Below, piece after piece: positions 9,366 to 18,421 of a stretch of DNA of 64,000 bases; position 1 is the first letter of the stretch, and each line of letters starts with the position of its first letter. A program made the position numbers and the translations under genes. Location: positions 36,045-100,044 of IMG/VR virus record IMGVR_UViG_3300037852_000055. One strand, 5' to 3'. This stretch comes from a virus. The notes below the pieces were generated by a model, which had not been told where the DNA came from, did no database searches, and saw nothing but the letters and a program-made list of their open reading frames with translations.

Positions 9366-9893
9366 CTACTTTCCTACTTTGACTGCATGGGCAATATGCA
9401 AACCATACTCCTTGATTTGATCCTCAGTGTATCCAGCAGCTTTGCCAATGGCTTTGTACTTCTTTTTCCACTCTGCAAACGTACGCACTTGGCAACCAAT
9501 TGCCAGTTGACCATAAGCACAGTTTGTAATGCTGTGCTTAGTGCCCTGAATATACAGAGGTGATGTTGCCCAAGCATCGCCAAACACCTGAGCATTGCCA
9601 TACACCCAAGCATTGCCATACACCCAAGCATTGCCATACACCCGAGCATAGCCATACACCTGAGCATAGCCATACACCTGAGCATAGCCATACACCTGAG
9701 CATTGCCATACACCCAAGCATCGCCAAACACCTGAGCATTGCCATACACCTGAGCATTGCCATACACCCGAGCATTTTCCCCAATAAAAGCTGTTTCCTC
9801 CACAGTGGCGGTATTAGCTACCCACCCGCCACCATTCTTATGCTGATGTTGTTCCTTTGGTTTTAGAAAAGTAATCACTTTGTAACCTCCCAA
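9366..9893 (-). CDS. Hexapeptide-repeat (left-handed beta-helix) protein
   Basis: Tandem V(Y/F)G(N/Y/D)A(Q/W/R) repeats. Confidence 0.85.
   Translation of the reverse strand: MGGYKVITFLKPKEQHQHKNGGGWVANTATVEETAFIGENARVYGNAQVYGNAQVFGDAWVYGNAQVYGYAQVYGYAQVYGYARVYGNAWVYGNAWVYGNAQVFGDAWATSPLYIQGTKHSITNCAYGQLAIGCQVRTFAEWKKKYKAIGKAAGYTEDQIKEYGLHIAHAVKVGK
9568..9775 (-). repeat. 18-bp coding tandem repeat, about 11 units
   Basis: Variants of GCATTGCCATACACCTGA. Confidence 0.9.
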
Positions 9894-10057
9894 ATTTTCT
9901 CAGGGTACTCGCACTGCACTTAAGCCAACCATCTACGCCGGGGCTGATGCGTTGTTGTATCCTCCACTTAAATGCAGTACACGTCCTGAGGCGTTGTTCC
10001 CTCATACTACAGGCATTGGTTATTTGTTCTCTGTAGCAGTTGTACCCGTTCCTCAGG

Positions 10058-10255
10058 CTAATTCACCTTGGCAATCAGGCCATCCTTCATTGTTACACTG
10101 GCAAACCACTTGCGCTGATAAGGGGAAGGCCCAACAACAGCAAAGGTGCCATTGTCTTTGTACTCAGGGCCAAAAAATCTTGTCTCAACATAGCGCAGTG
10201 CTTTACCAACAGATTCCTTCAAGGCTTTCTTAGTCGGATAGCTAGCTCCCATCAT
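10058..10255 (-). CDS. Small hypothetical protein (MMGASYPTKKALKESVG...)
   Basis: GGAGGG RBS; typical early phage peptide. Confidence 0.7.
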   Translation of the reverse strand: MMGASYPTKKALKESVGKALRYVETRFFGPEYKDNGTFAVVGPSPYQRKWFASVTMKDGLIAKVN

Positions 10256-10267
10256 TGTGATACCCTC

Positions 10268-10777
10268 CGTACACTCTGTAGCCAATCCACGAATGTCACG
10301 CGGCCACGTCTAGGAATTGTGCGTTTATCTACAGAGTGTACGCAAGGTATCACCCTTGCGTTACCAGTGCCATTGCGGAGTAATAGGATTAAGGTTTGCA
10401 GTTGTGCTCCCAGACACTACTCTGGTTTAGCTCCTAGCGTGGTAGTGTGTATACATGCTAGGCTTATTTGGCTGCGTACAAACGGGACGTTATCCCGTTC
10501 CTACTACTCAGTAATGGCACTGGTATTCCTTAGCACTATGCTGAGTCTTACAGGAGTCGAACCTGTATCACGCACTCGCCCTGCTATGGGTACTTCTAGA
10601 GTGCTGCTAGTCCCCTATGATCTAGCCAAAGTTTAAGACTCAGCATAGTGCTAAGGGTAGTCACCAGCACCTTAGTACTTAGCAGATACTTGGAAGGCTA
10701 CACCGTACATTTTTAAGCACCTTCCGGTGCCGTGGTAGTGATACATCGAAGGTCTGCTAAGAATTAAAGTGCTGGTG
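10268..10777 (-). ncRNA. Array of four closely spaced long-stem hairpins
   Basis: Inverted-repeat-closed units 10268-10342, 10362-10525, 10528-10656, 10662-10777. Confidence 0.6.
10528..10656 (-). ncRNA. tRNA-like element closed by a 23-bp perfect inverted repeat
   Basis: T-arm ACAGG-UUCGACU-CCUGU; D-like arm GCUAG/CUAGC; GCACUC/GAGUGC arm; no CCA. Confidence 0.55.
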
Positions 10778-11331
10778 GTAGTCACCTTGCATTGGCATCT
10801 TATTGTACATGCTGGTAGGTTTCTCAGATGGGTCACTCGCGTCTATACTCCTAGGCATTTTTCGGTTCATCCTGGGCACACAATGGACGGTTCACTCTGT
10901 CGTTCTCTTTGTCAGCTTGTACAAGACTTTGGACTGAGCCAATGCTTGTGGTGTCCTGCTTTATCCCCTGTCACTCTCTCGCGCAGTGGGAAGGTATATC
11001 AATCGTATACCTGTGATGTACGTTGCACAATACAGTCGCTTGGAGTGTGCCGTGTTTGCGGCCTAGCTGGTACTCAGGCGATTACACAGCCTTGTCCCAT
11101 GCTCCATGCCCGGTTTGTGCCCGGTTCATCCTCTGCCGTATCTTGATACCAGAGTGACAATCACGCCCTGTCACCACGATGTAGCCTTTGCGTTCTGGCC
11201 TCAACGGTTTAATTGTTGGAATGCGTACCGTCCGGTAATGGCGCTCTGTACGCTATCAGTTCGGCTATCCGTGGAACCGTCCGCTAAGGGCGCTCTGTCC
11301 ACTATCGGCTTACCCGCCGAACGTGAAGCTA

Positions 11332-11406
11332 GACTAGTGGAATAGCAAACCATTGTCAACCACAAAATGTAGTGGTCTAATCTTTGGGCATATACAATGG
11401 GTTGTG
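11332..11406 (-). promoter_or_regulatory. Early promoter with NrdR-box-like sites upstream of -35
   Basis: TTGACA-N17-TAGTCT; CACTACATTTTGTG at 11361-11374; weaker copy 32 bp away. Confidence 0.5.
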
Positions 11407-11424
11407 TCTTTGTTGAAACCAATG

Positions 11425-11449
11425 AAAAACCCCGGCACGGATGCCGGGG
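11425..11449 (-). terminator. Rho-independent terminator
   Basis: CCCCGGCA-tccg-TGCCGGGG followed by TTTTT on the minus strand. Confidence 0.75.
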
Positions 11450-11662
11450 CTGATCCAAAGTGCAGTCCCTAGTCCCTGAGCAATTCCCATACCCTACGGT
11501 CACCTTCAGAGTATGGGACAATGTATTTCACGCAACCCGGTGTCACTTCTCCACGCTCCACTGGAATGTGTGTGTGTGTACGCTTGAGTTTCGCTGTGTA
11601 TGGTTCCTTACCTTCTGTTGTGTGTACGATCTCTAGCATGGTTTCCTCCCGGCGTTATGCGC

Positions 11663-11881
11663 CTATTGTAATACCGCGTATACCCTTGAGTAACGCGGTG
11701 CTGGTGTCTTGGCTGTGCTAGGCACTTCCACAGGTGTCCCCGGCAGTTCCCTAGCTTTGGCTACGGTTTCGGCAATGTCCTGGTCTATGACTTCCAAGAC
11801 GTGTGCCGTGGTTCGCGCTATGCGTACACCCTGGGAGTGAACGTCATAGGTGTCAAGGCCTATGCGGGTGATGGTTGTCAT
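11663..11881 (-). CDS. Hypothetical early protein
   Basis: ORF track; TAATG coupling. Confidence 0.55.
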   Translation of the reverse strand: MTTITRIGLDTYDVHSQGVRIARTTAHVLEVIDQDIAETVAKARELPGTPVEVPSTAKTPAPRYSRVYAVLQ

Positions 11882-12261
11882 TAGAGTAAGTCCAAGTGGT
11901 CACTGCCGCACCGATTGCAAAGCCATCCGGCTTCGCCATCAGCCTCGTCAAAAGCCACTAGTTCAAAAGCAGGGTTCAGGTCATTGTTGAGTGTGCCGTT
12001 GCCACAGTCCTTGCATACGCCTTGCAGTGGCAGGGGTTCATTCTCATCTATTAACGCATAGACTGTGGCTGCATACGCATCATCATCTACAATGTGTCCT
12101 ACAGCTTCGCTCCATTCTGCCTCAGTGATTCTCTCACCTTGAGGGTTCCTGTAAATACCGTCCTCTGACATTGGTATACGCTCCGTTTTCCGGCCACCTA
12201 AGGCCTGTAGTCTAGTTAACTCGCACAGCACACTCCCAAGGTATGCTGTACACGTGCTCAT
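11881..12261 (-). CDS. Hypothetical zinc-ribbon protein (likely start MSEDG)
   Basis: CKDCG...CNRCG. Confidence 0.6.
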   Translation of the reverse strand: MSTCTAYLGSVLCELTRLQALGGRKTERIPMSEDGIYRNPQGERITEAEWSEAVGHIVDDDAYAATVYALIDENEPLPLQGVCKDCGNGTLNNDLNPAFELVAFDEADGEAGWLCNRCGSDHLDLL

Positions 12262-12577
12262 TCACAAACTCATAGCCCATGATGAACTTGAACTCCCCAA
12301 ACCCAACCAAGTCAACCTCGAACCCATTGGGTGTTTCTCTGACGTTCTTGGCTTCCGGCCAGTACAACCATGAGTCGTTGCCAGTGCGTGCATTCTTCAT
12401 GGCAATGGCATTGCTACGCACGATAACAACAGGCCGAATATCACCCACAGCAATTCCCGGCTTGATTACTGACTGCCCAAGGTTGCCATTGACAATCAAG
12501 GGTTTCAGCCAGTCATGGCGCACCAGTTTCAACAGTGTGCCCTTAACCACTTTGCGTTTGATCGAAGCTAGACTCAC
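12212..12577 (-). CDS. Hypothetical early protein
   Basis: GGAGG RBS; GTGA coupling. Confidence 0.65.
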   Translation of the reverse strand: MSLASIKRKVVKGTLLKLVRHDWLKPLIVNGNLGQSVIKPGIAVGDIRPVVIVRSNAIAMKNARTGNDSWLYWPEAKNVRETPNGFEVDLVGFGEFKFIMGYEFVNEHVYSIPWECAVRVN

Positions 12578-12807
12578 AGGCCACCTCCTATGGCTTTGAA
12601 AAATGTTTCTGGTTTGAACCTCGGGTTATCCCGTTCCAGTTCCCTTGCCAGCAACCTAGCAAGGCCTTTGATTGTTTCGGTACGCTCAACTTGCCAACCT
12701 TCGGATACAGCAAGTTCACGCCCAAGGAACCGCGCCAAGAATTCGTAATGCCGTTTCTGAAACTTTGCTGCCATTGTTCTACGCTCCTTGTTTCTGGCAC
12801 AGTACAT
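12574..12807 (-). CDS. Hypothetical early protein (likely start MAAKFQKRHY)
   Basis: DNPRFKPETF motif, common in small phage proteins. Confidence 0.7.
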   Translation of the reverse strand: MYCARNKERRTMAAKFQKRHYEFLARFLGRELAVSEGWQVERTETIKGLARLLARELERDNPRFKPETFFKAIGGGL

Positions 12808-12930
12808 GCCAAGGTGTCATACTGTCTAATTTTTGCATGAGGATGCCGCCATGCACTTCCCAATAAACCAAGGCATCCTCATAGGTAGGGAACACTCTGC
12901 GGTTAACTTCATACTTTGGGTAGGTTGTCA

Positions 12931-13131
12931 TTAGGCTGCCCATCCTATGTCACAAAGAACAAACCATTTTCCGGTAGCCAAGCATAACCCTAAGGTTTTC
13001 CCTTTGACCGACTTGGCTTTGATAATGCGATACCACTCCCCATCAGGGTCAATGCCTAGGACTTGAGGCCCATGGCCATTTTCATTTTCCCTAATGTCTC
13101 GGTTAATCTCACGTGGAGTCATCATAGACAA
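12931..13131 (-). CDS. Hypothetical protein, first gene of the leftward arm
   Basis: GGAGG RBS just downstream of a promoter. Confidence 0.6.
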   Translation of the reverse strand: MSMMTPREINRDIRENENGHGPQVLGIDPDGEWYRIIKAKSVKGKTLGLCLATGKWFVLCDIGWAA

Positions 13132-13145
13132 AACCCTCCAGTCTC

Positions 13146-13220
13146 ATTTTAGCAAACGCCTAGGCAATTGCAACAACATAATGTAGCGGTGCCAGACTCA
13201 GGTAACCACAATTAGTAGTG
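13146..13220 (-). promoter_or_regulatory. Early promoter with tandem NrdR-box-like sites
   Basis: TTGCAA and TGcTAAAAT; boxes starting at 13175 and 13207. Confidence 0.5.
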
Positions 13221-14409
13221 TATATTTGTACCACCAATAGTAAAGGCCTAACCCGAAGGCTAGGCCCTTGTGATTCGCTCGATATGTACAGGCTACTAAC
13301 CCTGCATAACCTAGCCCTCCTCTGGCTGTGTCCAGTTCCTCAAAAAGGTTGAAAAGACTCAAGCACCTTAGCATACCGCAAGGAACAAGTCAAGTGTACA
13401 TTTATACGCTTGTCTCCCGGCTTACAAAGGTCTGAATACTCTATAAGGACAGAGGAGTACACGATCATCGTTCCTAGGCCTTCCCTGTGCCAGCAAACAC
13501 TATCCTAGGCGTAAGACCTAATACCAGTATCTATGCTTCTTTTCCAGTGTAGTGCACCTAGCTTGGAACCATGGGTGTTGTAGTCAAGTATAACACCATA
13601 ACACACCTAAAGAATCATACACTTACAAACGCATGTAAAGTATGCTTGACAATGCTAGGCTATTGACCCATGGGTTTCCCTAAGCATTGTCCTTTGGATT
13701 CAATCACTTAGCTTTACCCAAGGGTTCACTGTGTATATACAGTTGCCCTGTCTCCTATTGCAAACCCTTGCGTATCCACGGCATAAACCCCATGGGAAAC
13801 CCTCAGGCAAACCCCCGGCATTCTCCCCTGTCCCTCTCCTCTAGCTCAGTACACAGGTGGCTCGGTTCCTAGGCGTACATATTTATGCGTTAACCCCAAC
13901 CTGGTGCCCTTCCTCAGGTTTGGCCCTAAACTTGCTCAGGCTTTCCCTTCGCTGTTTCTTCGCCCCGCTTCGCCTTTTGTTCCCTAGCTGGATTGCGTTC
14001 CTAGCCCCGTACAGCCCCGAACGTACACTTGTACGCCCTTGACCCCACCCACCTAATATCTGACGATCCTAGGGGAAATACAAGAATCCATATTTAGCGA
14101 AGACAAGGCGAACCCAGGCCCAGTTATCCACAGGTACTCAGTGGTTACCCTTTGGGCTGTGCCTATGCACATCCTAGGTAGTAACAGAGTAGTAACATTG
14201 GGAACACCCAATGGGTTAGAGCTTAGGTAGTAACCAATGGGTACTGCTTTGGGTTACCAGTGTTGACCCCAGAGGTACCCCTTGCAAGGCACTCCACCAC
14301 ACGTCGCGGGGGTGGTCACGTTTGGTTTTTTCCCTATGCGTGTGGGCCCCTATGATTTCCCTTGTATTCTTAGGCCTCTTATGGTATAATGTTTTTCATA
14401 GGGGAAAAT

Positions 14410-14913
14410 ATGCCTAGAAAAGAACGCTATGCACTTGTTAAGAAACACATGGCCGAAGACCCTGTGTTTGAAAAAGAATATAAAGCTATGAAAAAAGCTG
14501 AAGGTAAACGCCTGAGAGATGCTAAGCTAACACCTGAGGAACTAGAGCTTCGGAAGTTCCGTAGGGAGCATCCTAAGGAATATGAAAAGCAGAGAATCAA
14601 GAAGAAACGAGCAGAGGACCCTGAGTACAACACCAAGTATCTTAATCGTGTACACGCGAAGAGAAAAAGAATGAAGCACAAGAAGTGGGGTTGGACACCT
14701 GAAGCTTTAGAACTTGCTAGGAACACTCAAAATGAAAGATGTGCAGTATGTAACGAAATAGCTGAGCTTGTTCCCGACCACGAACACAGTGTTCCACCTA
14801 AGCCAAGGCAACTACTTTGTAAACTGTGCAACACTGGCCTAGGAATGTTTAGGGATGATCCCAAGCTCTTGGAACTAGCGGCATCTTATCTTAGAAAATG
14901 GGGTAAATCATAA
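14410..14913 (+). CDS. Endonuclease VII-family (His-Me) homing endonuclease
   Basis: Q..RCAVC...DHEH...RQLLCKLCNTGLG.FRDDP.LL..A..YL; own TGgTATAAT promoter element. Confidence 0.88.
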   Translation: MPRKERYALVKKHMAEDPVFEKEYKAMKKAEGKRLRDAKLTPEELELRKFRREHPKEYEKQRIKKKRAEDPEYNTKYLNRVHAKRKRMKHKKWGWTPEALELARNTQNERCAVCNEIAELVPDHEHSVPPKPRQLLCKLCNTGLGMFRDDPKLLELAASYLRKWGKS

Positions 14914-14993
14914 GGACACCCATAGCCCCCACCCTATGCATCTCTCTTGTTTTCATAGGCTATAACCTATGCAAGCACTTTAGGCAGGAGGCC

Positions 14994-15023
14994 TTGACTT
15001 CTTTGTGGGTAAGGTGGTATACT
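14994..15023 (+). promoter_or_regulatory. Sigma70-type promoter
   Basis: TTGACT-N18-(TGg)TATACT. Confidence 0.65.
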
Positions 15024-15068
15024 GTTCTTAGATGGGACGGAATTTTAAACGTACACAAAGGAGAAACA

Positions 15069-15290
15069 ATGAAACAAGTAGCCATCCTAGAGGGTGGAGA
15101 TTGGGCAGATGCAGGGGTACACCATTTTGCATTGTCAGACGATGCAAATCTAAAGGAACTTCACAAGGAATATAAAGATTTGTGCAAAACAACATGGAGA
15201 ACCCAAGGCAAATTCATAACTTTCCCAACATGGCTTGAGGAAGAGAAGGGAGCCCAAGAATCTTCAGTGGAAGAGTTCTGGGATGAATAA
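15069..15290 (+). CDS. Hypothetical protein
   Basis: AAGGAG RBS before ATG at 15069. Confidence 0.65.
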   Translation: MKQVAILEGGDWADAGVHHFALSDDANLKELHKEYKDLCKTTWRTQGKFITFPTWLEEEKGAQESSVEEFWDE

Positions 15291-15475
15291 TGGAAGAGAA
15301 AACTGAAAGCATGGTGCTGGCAACGGAACCGTGCCCAGACTGTGGTAGCAGTAAGCACAAGAGCTGCGATAGGTTTAGACCTCCGGTATGTGGAGAAGAT
15401 TTTTGTGATGCTTGTGGAGACTGCTTGTATTGCTATGCAGAGGATACGTGTGCAGTAACAGGAGACCACCATTGA
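15290..15475 (+). CDS. Small Cys-rich protein
   Basis: CPDC, CGEDFCDACGDCLYC; TAATG coupling. Confidence 0.6.
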   Translation: MEEKTESMVLATEPCPDCGSSKHKSCDRFRPPVCGEDFCDACGDCLYCYAEDTCAVTGDHH

Positions 15476-15626
15476 TTAAACCTGAGGATATTTACGAAGT
15501 TCTCAAAGAGCAACTACATTCTCCTTGGGGATACATAGGACTGGAAGGAAACTTTAAGGCAGTAGCCGTGGATGGCACAGTAGATTGCCAAGAAATTGCT
15601 AAGTTTTTAAATGAAAGGAATAAGAA

Positions 15627-16130
15627 TTGAAAACCATTGTGCTTGCAACACTAATGCTCTTGGTATCCCTAGGAATTTCACAAGGGCAGAACGCTGAACT
15701 ACCCGATGCACCTTCAGCTGTAATGGAAGCTGCATGGGCTCAGAACACCCCTAGCACACGCCCAGCATTGTCTTATGAAAAACCTACGGTTAAACCTAGG
15801 GGTAAGAAGAAGCTATTAGCTCTGGCCGGAGTTGTGGCTTTTTCCTTAGCGACTGAAGTATATGACATACGAGAGACAGAGAAAGGGCTCAAGGCTGGAG
15901 TGGCGCAGGAAGGGTATACATTTTTAGTCGGTAGTCACCCCTCGGCACATGCACTGTATACCCGAGACACGATAACCCTGGGGTTACTCACTATACCCTC
16001 ATTGTTGGGGTATTTTTATAGAAAGCCAGTGCTTTACTACAGCATGCTATCTATACCTGCGGCTCAAGGCATTGATCACATTCAAGGGGGAAACCAATGG
16101 AAGGATTTATTGCAGGAGGTGGGTAAGTAA
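15627..16130 (+). CDS. Secreted/membrane protein with LPDAPS linker
   Basis: Signal-peptide-like N-terminus; hydrophobic helices. Confidence 0.7.
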   Translation: MKTIVLATLMLLVSLGISQGQNAELPDAPSAVMEAAWAQNTPSTRPALSYEKPTVKPRGKKKLLALAGVVAFSLATEVYDIRETEKGLKAGVAQEGYTFLVGSHPSAHALYTRDTITLGLLTIPSLLGYFYRKPVLYYSMLSIPAAQGIDHIQGGNQWKDLLQEVGK

Positions 16131-16134
16131 GCCG

Positions 16135-16542
16135 ATGCATACCTTATTGTTAATCTTAGAGATCTTCTTTGGGTCTATAGCCGGGCTTATCGGTTTGGGG
16201 TTCATCGTGAGTGCGCTGAAATCAAACGTACATCAGATCGTAACCTGGAATCCTGCTGTGGATATACCCTACGCTATGAACCAGGCAGCGCACGAAGGTT
16301 GGCCCCACAGGGCTCTAGTAGCATTTGATATTTTTGTAAACGTAGTGCTATGTAAGGGACAGCAGGACGAAACCATTTCTACCCACAGCTGGCGTGCTGC
16401 ACAAGAAGGCAAAACTTGGGGAAAAGTAATGTGCTGGTGGCTGAATTTGTTTCAGGACAACCATGGCCCACAGGCGGCTTCTGGGGATTTACTCAGGGCT
16501 ACTGAACGGGTAGAAGTACTTAAGAAAGCTCTGGGACTATGA
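16135..16542 (+). CDS. Membrane-anchored hypothetical protein
   Basis: N-terminal TM segment; D..VN...G..DETIS...H pattern; GGAGG upstream. Confidence 0.65.
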   Translation: MHTLLLILEIFFGSIAGLIGLGFIVSALKSNVHQIVTWNPAVDIPYAMNQAAHEGWPHRALVAFDIFVNVVLCKGQQDETISTHSWRAAQEGKTWGKVMCWWLNLFQDNHGPQAASGDLLRATERVEVLKKALGL

Positions 16543-16695
16543 ATCAGCATGATGAAGTACGACTAAAACGCGCAAAGGAATGGATAAACCAGCAGGAATA
16601 CGAAGGGAAAAACCTAGAAGAAAACCTTGTAGATACCTTAGTAAAATACGAGCATTACTTAATGGAATGTGAAGCAAAGCGTATGAGTGAAAAAT

Positions 16696-16746
16696 AAAAA
16701 AGCCCTAGGAAACCTTTAATAGGAATCCTAGGGCTTTTCTTTTGTT
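16696..16746. terminator. Bidirectional terminator between convergent units
   Basis: A-tract, AGCCCTAGGA...TCCTAGGGCT, T-tract. Confidence 0.75.
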
Positions 16747-16751
16747 TATTT

Positions 16752-17377
16752 GGGAACTATATACATAACTCCCTAAGTACCTACTTTCGGCCCAGTTGTG
16801 CCGTCCATCTCGTACCAGACAAATTCCCCATCTTCGCCAATCGGAAAGTGGCCCCCGCATGTAGTGCAGAATGTGCCGGAGTAAAATGCCGGATCGCGGG
16901 CATACGTTTCCGAGATAGACCGACTCATGGTTGTGATCTTCCCGCACTTCAGGTGCCTATAAGCATCACGGTATGGCCGAACGAAACCCTTGCTTCTTTC
17001 TTCAGGACTCAACACCACGTAGCCTTCCTGCTGCCCATCGGCCCGCAGCGTCGTGTGGCTGCGATCTTCTGGGACAGGTGAGCCATCCGTAAGGATTTGA
17101 ACGCTGCGATCTACCGGGATTTTCGCGGCTTCCTGTCGTCGCTTTTCGATGATCTCTTCCTCCGCGCTATGTGCTTTCTGCTGGAGGAGAAAGGCTAGAG
17201 CGCGGGCCTGCTCAGGCGAAAATATGATGTGCCCGACACCGTTCTCATCCGGCTGCAAATCGGGATGATTGACCACCACTTCCCCTGCCCCGTTTGTGCC
17301 GACTTCTAGAGTGTTCTTTGCGATCTCCGTCATCGCTCTCCTTTCCAGTTTTCAAGGGAGTTAACTATATAATTCCC
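16752..17377. mobile_element. GC-rich single-gene cassette bounded by 23-bp imperfect inverted repeats
   Basis: 16752-16774 vs reverse complement of 17355-17377 match at 20/23; visible compositional shift. Confidence 0.45.
16773..17333 (-). CDS. Hypothetical zinc-ribbon protein
   Basis: HLKCG...ETYARDP.FY..TFCTTCGGHFP. Confidence 0.75.
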   Translation of the reverse strand: MTEIAKNTLEVGTNGAGEVVVNHPDLQPDENGVGHIIFSPEQARALAFLLQQKAHSAEEEIIEKRRQEAAKIPVDRSVQILTDGSPVPEDRSHTTLRADGQQEGYVVLSPEERSKGFVRPYRDAYRHLKCGKITTMSRSISETYARDPAFYSGTFCTTCGGHFPIGEDGEFVWYEMDGTTGPKVGT

Positions 17378-17542
17378 GTTTATTTAATTCTCACAACATT
17401 GGGAGAAACATAGGTTCCTCCAGAGCAACATACTAACGTACAACAGGGTTCACACAAGGGAGTAAGCTTAGCCACACTACAAGGGGTAGCTCCTCTGGCA
17501 CCACACCATGCACACTTAGTTGTTGCTATCTTAAGCTCACGC

Positions 17543-18010
17543 CTAAGCCACAGATACAGTACCCTGAGCTTTTGTTTCATTCCAGTTTGACCCCCTTGGT
17601 ACTTCATTGTCATCTAGCACTTTGTTACACAACCTATCCACGAATTCATTACCAGCATTCCCAGAGTGGCCCTTCACATGTTTAAGCACATGGCAACCTC
17701 TTACCAATAACCCATACGCCTTGCTCATGAGCGGACGTATTTCTGTGTTTATTACGTTCCACCTTTGGTTGACTTGCTCAACCACTAACTTTGAATCGCA
17801 ATGAATAAGCACATTCCTCCAGTTGTGCTTCTCTAGGTATTCGAGCAGATAGATCAGAGCCCAATATTCAGCAAAATTATTGGTATGCACTTCTTTCCCT
17901 AAGAAATACCCTTGGGACACTGCACCTCCCGGCAGTTCCACAAGCCAACTTGCCGAGCATATGCCAGGGTTTCCTACCCGGCACGCACCGTCACAGTACG
18001 CTTGTATCAT
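17543..18010 (-). CDS. rnhA: Ribonuclease HI
   Basis: YCDGA...GNPG, TNNFAEY, CDSKLV, VKGHSG...NE.VD. Confidence 0.9.
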   Translation of the reverse strand: MIQAYCDGACRVGNPGICSASWLVELPGGAVSQGYFLGKEVHTNNFAEYWALIYLLEYLEKHNWRNVLIHCDSKLVVEQVNQRWNVINTEIRPLMSKAYGLLVRGCHVLKHVKGHSGNAGNEFVDRLCNKVLDDNEVPRGSNWNETKAQGTVSVA

Positions 18011-18166
18011 AAGTCAGCTCCTCTTGCTGCTAAGCTGTCTAACCATTGGGTATACAACTTCTTTGCCTCGTACTCAGACTCAGGAATAACATAGGTTTCC
18101 CCAAGTTCTTTATTGATTCTTTCTAGGTTGTTTTGCACTGAGTCTCTCCAGTACTTAGGATAAACG

Positions 18167-18421
18167 TTAGTTGTAATGGGAATACCCTACACCTTCCTGT
18201 TGTCCCCAAGCTTCATCCACAAGTTTAAAACCTGCCGTAAAAGCTTTTCTCAAAAGGGTTTCAAAGTCTTCGGTTTGGCTTATGTTTTCTTCATTGTTTT
18301 TAAACCACTCATCATAAGCGTCATCAATAAGACTCTCTGTATAACCATTGTCTTCTTTGTTTAGCATATCTGTTGCGGTGTTTACAAGTCTCTGTAAATT
18401 CTGCAAATACTCTACACCCAT
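18167..18421 (-). CDS. Hypothetical acidic protein
   Basis: ORF track; GAGG RBS. Confidence 0.6.
   Translation of the reverse strand: MGVEYLQNLQRLVNTATDMLNKEDNGYTESLIDDAYDEWFKNNEENISQTEDFETLLRKAFTAGFKLVDEAWGQQEGVGYSHYN

Noticed and set aside
9568-9775. Regular repeats resembling a CRISPR array
   Set aside because: Contiguous 18-bp units with no spacers; they encode hexapeptide repeats. Overlapping ORFs 9374-9784 and 9560-9787 are frame shadows.
10040-11721. Track ORFs 10040-10636, 10769-11146, 11106-11345, 11201-11521 and 11521-11721
   Set aside because: No clear RBSs, atypical composition, and they cross hairpins, a promoter and a terminator.
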